Assembly: GCF_001194135.2 (NCBI RefSeq)
Contig: NC_068989.1
Location: 95,757,239 to 95,821,238, forward strand
Direction: 5' to 3'
From: Octopus bimaculoides
Lineage: Eukaryota
Length of the DNA stretch: 64,000 nt
In this document: one piece after another, positions 54,241 to 64,000 of the stretch
How positions within the stretch are numbered: the stretch's first letter is position 1
Layout: every line of letters begins with the position of its first letter
The notes under the pieces: model-generated
What the model was told of the DNA's origin: nothing
The model's input: the letters and a program-made list of their open reading frames with translations, nothing else
Database searches by the model: none
Program-made: the position numbers and the translations under genes

Positions 54241-56448
54241 TTCTACATATTTTTCTCTGCATTCTCCAATTTCAGTGAACATTGAGTCATTCCTTGACAA
54301 ATCAATGTTTTATGTTATTTGTGGCTTTCTAGGGAAGAACAATTATACATCAGTGAAGGCTTTCAAGTCATTAACAGAATTTAACTGCAAACCCATTGCA
54401 AATCATAGGCCTGGGGATAAGACATGAGCTATTAAGTATGAATTAACTAACAGCTGCTAATGGAACCAAATTCACAACTACCATTAGAATCAAAATACCA
54501 TCTTGGATTCATGTACTCTTTTTTTTGACTCACAAGTTAACAGAATTCATGCATTAACAAATTTTAAAACATGATTACAAATCCATCAAAACAGAAAATT
54601 TGAATCCAGTAAAATCAATTAATCCAGAAAAGTTGGTATTTCATTTCATTTCAAAGCATCTGCTTAAGTGGATTGCTTGCCCATCACTCTTTTAGGAAAT
54701 GAAGAATAAGAAGCAAAACAAACATTTTGATGATTGGGAAATTAATTTCTCTTCAGTCCAAATTCTGTTGATGCACTTTCTACCATCAGAATAAATTGAT
54801 GTCAGAGTCTTAAACTTGTCTGTACCAATCTATGAAAGACCAAGGGAAAGAGCCTTCATTAGATATGGATGCAGTTTACAGGTCACTGTGAATAATACTA
54901 TTGGTAAATAGGTACTGAAAGATGAGTTAAGAACCACACAAACTCATTGCGTTAAAGTAAAAGGGTTCAACACCATTCTTACCTCATTATTTATGTGGAT
55001 TATTATCAATTTTTAATCAATCTTCAATTTCAAATTAGTATGATGAAAATGATTCCCACATAGGTGCAAGCATGGACATATTTTTAACAAATTCACTTCA
55101 CAATTGCATAGTTCCAAGTTTCTGCCTTGTTAGTGGAATTTGACCAACAGAATTTTGTTTTGGAAATGTGTGTGTGTATGTGTTATGTTTCAAGCCACAT
55201 GCTTTTGTGTCAATGGGTAACTTAGCCATTCAACAAATGGGGTCTGACCGAATAAGTTCCAAGCTAAAATAAGAACCTGGGATCTATACTATCAACTAAA
55301 ACTTATGAACATAGTACTCCAGCAGGGTTGCAACCAATTGGCTGAAACCAATTTTAAAAAGAATTTCAACTGTTAAATACAATAACACAGCAACTTTTTT
55401 AAAATTATATTTTGAAAGCCTTTCACTATTTCATTTTATTATTACGTTTCTGAAATGACTTGACTCAGACCAAAAACATATCCGCAATATACATTTTCTC
55501 CTTAGTCTGTATTACCTTGGATACTATTCAGATAACTGAAATGAAACTTTGCATAATTTTTACATTAAAATTATGAAATGTTTTATCAAAAGAGCTTTTT
55601 TTAAATTTACTAATCAATTCTTTTGCATGTTTTCTTAGATATGCATCAAAGCAGTATCCCTAGAGTTTCAAATTCAAGCATGAAAAACAATCTTTTTTTT
55701 CTTTTCTTTTTTGTAAAGACATGTTTTTGTCATCGACTAGTAACCAAATTAACTCACAGTAGAATTCAAATATTATAACAGTATAAAACTAGAAATATGA
55801 TCAACAGTTTACACAGATGCCATACTTCTAAGACAACAGAAATAACTAACTGGCATAAAATTACTCACAGATACATTCCAGCCTCTGACCTGCAAATATG
55901 CCTTCTTGTCTCTTTACCTTTTCTACAGCTATTATAATAACCCTGGTTCCCTGGAGTTAGTGAGTTCATGCCACTTCCACTAAACTTTCCTTTGTCATTG
56001 TTCTAGTTGCATCCAATCTCTAAGTTCCTCACTATATGCCTAGTCCTTATATTCCATTTTGTTAGCCAGGCAGTTATCCACCCCTCCCAATTCATACCTT
56101 TCCCTGCAGCTGTTGATTATAAAGGTTTCAAGAAAAACATCTATAGCATCAATCTCATTGGTCTAGGAAAGCCTGTAATAACCATGAGCGCTGCTCTTTC
56201 CTCCAGACCCAGTAAGTATATAACAAAAAGAGAAAAAAATACTGAGAATCACTTCAAACTGTCATTTTAAAGTAATTATAACTTTACACTCAAAAGAATG
56301 GTAAGTTTATTGAGTGGAAGCTGTCTTCATTGGAATAGGGTCAGATTAGAAATACCTTTATTTTCATATTTACCTTAGTAATAAAATGTAATTCACTTTA
56401 GTTCACTTATTTTTCAGGATCTCTCTAAATAATGCAGCATTAACTTAC

Positions 56449-56509
56449 CTGTTTGTGCAATTCGTTCTAGTTTGGTGCCATCTTTCAAATGATCCTGTAC
56501 ACCACAGTT
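56449..56509 (-). CDS. Candidate 61-nt exon (phase 0-1)
   Basis: gctaactttag|NCGVQDHLKDGTKLERIAQT-G|gtaagt, with a branch-like CTAAC, a CAG|GTAAGT donor and an open frame. Confidence 0.35.
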
Positions 56510-59500
56510 CTAAAGTTAGCAATATGAGAGATAATTTCATTTTGACTTTGTAAATCAGCCCCATCAGACTTTTTTCTATGGTATGAATTTTTTTTTATTT
56601 GTGATTAAAATTTGAATAGAAATTCACCAATTAAGTAGTACATGATGTATAATGAGTTTGGCAGCACTTCTTCAACTGTTTTAGGAGTGGAGTCTAGAAA
56701 GCAAGAGTAATGATCACAGGTGGACATGATATGATAGTTTGGTTGCTATGATACATTTAAGCTAATATAGACCATAATGTAACTTAAAACATTTTTGTTC
56801 TTACTATAAAGTGTTTACCCAAGCAAAGCTACAGCTGGAAAAGGTCTTTAAGCTCCAGAAGCTTTTTCATTTGAATAAGTAAGTACCTAAAATAGTAAAT
56901 AACTTAAATAGCATTGATCATCTAACCATTACATTGAATGATAAAGTATACTAAAAATTTTAAGTGTGTGAAGCATGTAATGCTACCAAATGAATGTTCT
57001 AGTGAGAAAACTAATTTATTCAGGTGTGATCATGTCAAAGCTGTTCATAGGTGCTACTTGGGTATTATGATCATTTGTCTTACATTTCATTTTTTTTCAT
57101 GTCAGCAAGGGTTAGTGAATGAGCACATGCTGTTGAAGCTTTGTTTATGGTCACATTTTCAACTTGAGATTTTTTTCTTTTTGTTCCACACATCTTTGAA
57201 AGTGGAGAGATTCAGACAATTTACAAAGTTCACCATTTGTAGCTCATGAGAGCATAGTATATAAACATTCACACAGACATGCACACATATATACAATGGC
57301 CTTTGTACAGTTTCTGTCTACCAAATTTACCCTCAAGGCATTGGTTAGTACCAGGCTACAGAGGAAGGTACCTGCACAAGGTACATACAGTGGGACTGAC
57401 CTTCTCGACTATACTGCTATGCCTTTGTGTAATGACAATATATCCATCGATATATTTCTCAAATCATTTGTATCACAAAACAATTTGCTTTTTGGGGATT
57501 AAACTAATTTTATTAGCTGGAAAGACATACTGATTAGCTGTATTAGAATCACTGTTCATACATAATAAAACATCATAATCTGATTTCTGTTCTTTTATTT
57601 TTTGGACAGTTGTATTACTGTTGTAATATGCCACTAAAAATTGTATATTTTGAGATAGGATGAAGCTCTCATTAGATAGAATTGGTTTTGCATGGGTAAA
57701 GAAATCATTGCAGTTTTTAAGTTATTTTTACATAGTTTAATAAAAAGGCTATTCAAAGTGTAGTATTTTATGGAAATGTAAGCATTACTTAATCAGATGT
57801 AATTTTAATAAATTGTTTTCTGACTTTTTTAAAATCAATTTTGAATCAAAAAAATTCAATATAATACTTGGAAGAACAACTACTTGGTCGTTATATAACT
57901 ACAGCAAATTGACTACTCTTTTACAAAATCATTTTGAAAATTTTAAGTTATTCAAGGTACAATATACATACACATATATCATATTGCACTAATTCTACCA
58001 AATCTAAGTAATACACATATTTTCAATCATTAAATGTTTCAAACACTTTGTTTTGTAAAAACTGTGAGTGCAAAGGTGATGAGAACTACTTCAACATAAA
58101 TGAAAACAAGTTAATATTTATTCATTTTGGACTGATATACTTCATCTTTACAAACAACTTTGCAAAGTCCAAAACAAACACTACTTATATCTTCTGGAAA
58201 CAGAATTTATTCACTCATTCCATACACACCACAAAACCATTTATCTTCTGAAATGCTTTACTTCCATTACCAGCTTATGCTACCCATACATTTGAAGTGT
58301 GTTAGTATATAAAATTATTGGATTACAAAAAAATACACACATACTCCACTTTTTACACTGTATAAGCAATATTGAATTTTACTAACTCTTCTTCATTGAT
58401 ACTAAAGCTTTGTCAAGAATTATCCATTTGGAAAGATTATTTATTGTATGTCTTTTATACAAGTCACAGCTTCTATGCATTTACTTTTTTTTTTTTGCCT
58501 TTCCTTCATTTGGCTTTATTATTACATACAAGCATGTAATATTTTCTTCACCCAGTGGATTTCCTGACTCTTCAAAAGACCCCAGTTAGATATTCGTAAA
58601 ACCATGAATCGTACCCAGTACAAAACAACTTTATCCAATATAGCAAATACTAATAAATGTATTTGAAGAAAAAAAAAAAATCATTTACAAAAGCTATTAT
58701 CTTTAACACAGTCCACAAAGTAGAACAGTTGCTAATGTGATTTCCTCAACATTTATATTTCATGCACATATCTCTGTAAAAAATGATTATTCCAAGTACC
58801 TTTGAAAACTATTCTAAAAGCACTTCATGAAAAATGTAACAGTGGGGGAGAATCACTTTATCAATGAAACAGTTTTACATGCGATTGGTTTTTCAGACAT
58901 ATAATACTTATCAATATACTTTGCTGAAGAAGAAAAAGAAAAGCTAGAAGGAGGGAGAGATGAACACCAGAAAAAGAAAAAAAAAATCAGTGGGGTGGTG
59001 TTAATAACTCAATTAAAACCATCATTAGAGAAACAAATAAAGCTTTCTTGATTAGTATTTAAAGCTTTAGAGTTATGAGGAAGAGAAATAGAAAATGACA
59101 GTTATGTCATTCATCAAGGGCATTACCAGAATAAATTGAACAATTCCTGCTTCCAGTCAAAATCAGTTGCAGACTTGACAGAATGTTTATGAGCTACATA
59201 CAATATTTATTGTGCACAATGAAGGATTGACATTACCTAGTAGTGTGATTAGGACTAAATCAATAGTTTTATGGAGGAGGGTTTAATCTTAGTTCTTACC
59301 ATACCCAGCATTCTCATTTCCAAATATTTTCTATAAAATGGGGAGAAAAAAACCCAAAACAAACAAAAATGCAACTTAACAGATATTTATATTAAATAGT
59401 AATCATACAATTTGAATAACTTTTCTAGGTGGACACAGCACTGTTATAAGGTCACTGAAAAACCACTAATTTTTGAAACACAAACTGAGAAATATTAAGA

Positions 59501-59597
59501 GAAAGAAAAGCAAAAAAAAGATAGGACCTCACACTTTATCAATCCTCTACTGTAATATGATATTCTGTTTAGTATATGGAGTACTGCAAATTATGTA

Positions 59598-59671
59598 GGC
59601 TGGTTAGCTCAGTTAGTTAGAGCATCATGCTGATAACATGAATGTCATGGGACCGAGCCCCATACTGGCCA
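59598..59671 (+). pseudogene. tRNA-Ile-derived pseudogene, anticodon GAT
   Basis: Full cloverleaf: GGCTGGT/ACTGGCC, GCTC/GAGC, TCATG/CATGA with loop CTGATAA, and ATGGG/CCCAT. It is colinear with eukaryotic tRNA-Ile(AAU). The T-loop/B box is damaged (ACCGAGC) and nearly all CpGs have decayed. Confidence 0.88.
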
Positions 59672-59682
59672 ACACATTCTGT

Positions 59683-60015
59683 GTGAAGGTGCATGGCACA
59701 GTGTTTAGAGCATTGGGCTCACAATCACAAGGTAGTGAGTTAGATTCTTGGACCAGGCTGTGTTGTGTTCTTGAGCAAGACACTTTAAATCATGCTGCTC
59801 CACTTCATTCAGCTGTAGAGATGAGTTATGACGTCACTGGTGCCAAGCTGTATTGGCTTTGCCTCTCCCTTGGATAACATCAGTGACATGGGGAGGGGAG
59901 GCTGGTATGCATGGGCGACTGCTGGTCTTCCATAAACAGCCTCCCCTGGACTTGTGTTTCAGAGAGTTACTTTCTAGTGCAATCCCATGATCATTCATGT
60001 CCGAAGGGGGTCTTT
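59683..60015 (+). mobile_element. tRNA-derived SINE (head shared with 50049)
   Basis: gtgaaggtgcatggc...ttgagcaagacacttta...gctgctccacttcattcagctg. Confidence 0.75.
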
Positions 60016-60116
60016 TATGTGGAGTACTGTAGCAGGTCAAGATAAGAAAGTGAAATTATATTAGCTGAAAGGTAACAGGTTATGTCTCATCTCTGTTATT
60101 CCCATTAAAACATTAC

Positions 60117-60177
60117 CTTTAATGAGTCCATCAAGTTATAAACAAGCATTACAAGGACACCATAGATTTGGCTTTTG
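60117..60177 (-). CDS. Candidate 61-nt exon (phase 2-0)
   Basis: Weak acceptor atatgtag, open frame KSQIYGVLVMLVYNLMDSLK and donor AAG|gtaatg. Confidence 0.2.
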
Positions 60178-61500
60178 CTACATATTTCATACTTACTGAC
60201 TACCATTCCAACTCTTAGAGAAACAAAAAATTTCATTCTATTCACAGTTCATTGCATATGTTTGAGAACAATTGCTGAATAATTCAAGCTTTTCCAAACG
60301 GAAAAGTTAGGGAATAAACATTCAACACCCTTCAAAATCTAAAAACAAGATAACAGCAAATCAATTTTAGAAACTTGGAGCATGATTAAATCTATCACAA
60401 AGTTGCTCATTTTCATAACTTTGGGCAGTTTTCACAAAGTCTTCTTCAACAACTTACTTCTTCACAACCCATTTGATTCACTAAAAACACAAGCAGATTA
60501 AACAATGGGTTGAATGATTCATCAACTAATTCACACCTGTCAGCCATCTTACACATCCTCTCCCAAAAGCTTCATAAATACACTGTACTTTGTATACTCC
60601 AAGGTTAAGTGGAATTCTCACTCCTCCTCACATTAACTAGTTGAACCTTTAACCTCAATAATTCAATATCTCTACAGCATTTTTTTTTTTTTGTGTGTGT
60701 GTTCCTTTTCAAGCATTTGACAGCACCGTTTTCATATAACATTAGCATAATCAAATCCTGTTTTACATCCTTCTGAAATCAATAAAATATGTACCAATCA
60801 ATATTGAGTGGGGGTGGAATATAATCAACTGTTCTTTTCCCAAAATTTGTGGCCTTGTGCCTAATTTAGAAATCAATACTCATTAATCAATAGTGGTACT
60901 CTAGTATGGTCACACAACCCACTAAAAGAGTAACTCAGTTAAACGGTTGTGAAACTTGCATCATTTTCAGACTTATGATAGAATAAACCAATCTTTTATA
61001 TTCATATTTTTATAACAGCTCTAATTTAATCTGCTTCTTATGATACCTCACTGTGTTTTGTGTGTATGAGGTCCAACCTCCCATATTCATTTCAGGCAAC
61101 TACTGTGACCTTTGCTGGAAGGCTAAATGCTTGCTATCACATGTCCAAAGCAAAACATCCAGATTAGCTTAGAGAAAGTGTATAATCCAGCTTATAGTAA
61201 TGATAAATTGCTTAAAAAAATCAATGTTAATGAAATACTGTGTGCAAATTGGACTACATATTTCTAGACAACATTCCATTCTTTTTTACTTTTAACATAA
61301 AATTGCTTGTAGTCATTTTATAGAATCTGTTCAATTAAAACTTGTAAAGACATTAAAATCAATATTCATACATAGTATTGTTTATAGTTATGAAGCAACC
61401 ACAACAACAATCAATCAATCAAGCTCAAGCAAAGCTAATTAGATATTGATCAATGGTTAAGGTAACAAAATATAGTTGTTTCTACTAATTAACAACTAAC

Positions 61501-61595
61501 CAGTTCTTGTCAGGGACGTTTTCTGAAAATACCAGACGTTCTGTTTGCAATTTGAAATTTTTGTTCAAATAGTCACTATATGCTACATTAATAAC
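61501..61595 (-). CDS. Candidate 95-nt exon (phase 0-2)
   Basis: ttataacag|VINVAYSDYLNKNFKLQTERLVFSENVPDKN-TG|gttagt. The frame is open and retains CpG codons. Confidence 0.35.
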
Positions 61596-63109
61596 CTGTT
61601 ATAACATTTTCATATTAATGAAAAATAAAAAAATTTAAAAAAAAAAACAATATTTTTGTTTTAAATTTCAATCAGTTATTAAATGAACCATTTGACATCT
61701 AAAATTTCAGATATATTTCAAATTATTTTCATATTTATAGCAAATTATCCAAAATCAGATTTAATATATTTTAAAGAGCTACAAGTTGATTGCTGTACAA
61801 GAACTAAAAATTATACAATATNNNNNNNNNNNNNNNNNNNNNNNNNNNNNNNNNNNNNNNNNNNNNNNNNNNNNNNNNNNNNNNNNNNNNNNNNNNNNNN
61901 NNNNNNNNNNNNNNNNNNNNNNATATATAATTCTCTTTAATCATGAAATTAAATGAAAACAAAAAACTTTAATGTTTTTACTAGAAAAACAACAAAAACT
62001 TGTAAACCTCATGTTGACTTTCTCAGTAGTACATATTCGTTACATTTTAACAAGAATAATTTGGCAGGCAATAAAATATATACTTACATAAAATAAAATT
62101 TAACATCAGTTTATCTCAAAATAAATGATGTTTAATGTTATAATTATATACATGAACTGCCATCCAGACCTTTCTGAAAGCACATCAGATAACCTTGATT
62201 TGTTTGGGTTTTTTTCATGAAATTCAATGACTTACTACCAATTTTCAAAATAGCAACAATTATTAATTAAATTTCTCAATAAAGTTAGCCTAAGTTAATA
62301 ACCATCTCAGACAACAAATATTTTGCCACCATTAAGAAAATACAATAATTTTTCTTGTTTTTATTCAGTAGCAATATTGAGCACATGGTGAATATATTTA
62401 ATATCTTACAGATAGGCATATTCTATAAAATACAAAATCAGTTAATAAAATAAAAATAGTTGGATATTTTCAATATTCTGTGAAATCATTTAAATAAGTC
62501 TATGTAAATTTTTGGTCCTAGATCTAATATTAGACATAAGCATCATCTTCTGTCAAATACAGAGCAACTGGCCCCCTAAAACCACATATCTATAACCTAT
62601 GGAGCATGAGTACTTTTAAATATGCTTGTACAGTTTCATTTTCTATTCTATATGAACTGTGAATACTGTGCATAAATTATTCCTAGTTTTCTTTATGTTT
62701 GATTGTGATGTGCTAGTTATATTTTACGTTCTTGAATATTGCTTATAAAAAGAACATTAGTTACATGCTACTTTTAATATATGGAACTAGTTCATGTCAG
62801 GCAGAAATAGTCAAAAAACAACAGTTAGAGAGAGCAGTGTATGAGTCTTGGTATGATAAAAAGTAAAGCGTATGTAAGTATAATTTTAACAAAAAGGTGG
62901 ATGAGGCATGTGGACACTTACAGCCAGAACCACGCTAATAGCTTAAGAGCGAAATTTAGGATTTCTCGGTTTTCTGTGAATTGGTTTTGATAAAACTTTT
63001 CCCAGCTGGTTTGCAAACTATGGCAACACCATTGTTATGTTTTCTCTATTCTGTGTAACATCCTTTCTTTTTTATTTCAGATTCTTCAGTTTTTCGGTGA
63101 ACCATGCTA

Positions 63110-64000
63110 ATAGCATCTCTCCTCTCTAAGAACAATGTGACATGGAAAAGGCTTTAACAATGGAGAAAAGTCTGTCATCATCAAGGAAAGTGCTAAAGGC
63201 ACCTCTCTTCATGTCATTGCTGAAAAGTTAGGTCATCATGTGGACATGGTTAGACAATTCCTGAAGGACCATTTGCCAACGAAGGAATGATCCAATTGTG
63301 GGACGCTGGCTGCAAGTTACATGGGAAACCTGGACAAACAAGCAAAGCCATTTTCACTGCTTCTGGACTTCCTCGTGTACCAAAAGCCACCAGAAACTGC
63401 ATCCTCGGAACCATGGCATCTGTGCGAGGACCCCTGAAACTGCCTCCTTTAACACCCTGTCACAGAAGTTTGAGGCTTCAATGTGCCCAAAAGTATATGA
63501 CATTAGACATGAGTAGTGTTCTGTTCACTGACAAAACTAGGACAACCCTTGATGGACTTAAGAGTTGAGCAAATGGTTGGGTCTATTTGGGAGATGAGTG
63601 TCACCAACGTTTATGACATCAAAAACAGGGAGGAGGAGTCATGTTGTAGGCTGGTATCATTGGAGACAAACTTGTTGGCTTAGTCAGGGTGAGCCTGAAG
63701 GGGTTAAAGTGACTGCAATCTCCTGAAGGAGGTCTTGGATCCCTGGCTAGATGACATATCACTGTCACTTCTAAGGAATCTCATATTCATGCATGACAAC
63801 ACTCTCTCCCACTCTGCTAGGACCACCCAAACATTACTAGGGTCTTATGGCATACAAGGTAAAAGGTTGATGGTGTGGCTGCTAGCATCTCCAGATCTCA
63901 TCCATAACAAAAAAATCTTTGATCCATCATTAATCAAGATGTTTATGTCGATAGATGCAAATTTACATCGAAAGATGTCTTATGGGCAACCATCAAAGCT
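63110..64000 (+). mobile_element. Tc1-family transposase pseudogene (continues beyond the window)
   Basis: HTH-like IAEKLGHHVDMVRQFL, then VLFTDKTRTTLDG (first D region), QGGGVML*AGII, IFMHDN and MVWLLASPDL (WPxxSPDLNPIE equivalent), with multiple stops and frameshifts. Confidence 0.88.

Noticed and set aside
55929-56211. Plus-strand candidate exons (55929-55959 and 56110-56211)
   Set aside because: Splice signals are good, but no chain or homology supports them. They show how easily such candidates arise by chance. Not excluded, only unsupported.
59598-59671. Functional tRNA-Ile(GAU)
   Set aside because: The B box/T-loop is mutated (GGACCGA instead of GGTTCGA) and nearly all CpGs have decayed.

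Overview
This is AT-rich, repeat-dense eukaryotic genomic DNA with seven N gaps. The SINE, RTE, Penelope and microsatellite content strongly resembles an octopus/cephalopod genome (inference; no database used). No intact, confidently identifiable protein-coding gene is present, and the window looks like intronic or intergenic sequence. It contains decayed RTE-clade LINE fragments, many tRNA-derived SINEs, a Penelope-like GIY-YIG element, a Tc1 transposase remnant, two TTAA-flanked piggyBac-type MITEs, minisatellites and microsatellites. There are also a few weak candidate exons on the minus strand. The most striking structure is a tripartite retro-chimera at 17558-18441: a full-length U6 snRNA copy is joined after 2 nt to nt 1-60 of 5S rRNA, which is fused directly to the 3' end of an RTE LINE with its (GAT)n tail. 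A second possible Pol III-RNA chimera lies at 59598-60015: a tRNA-Ile copy with a GAT anticodon (possibly a fossil of inosine-34) just upstream of a SINE. Repeat boundaries are approximate unless a TSD or TIR fixes them.
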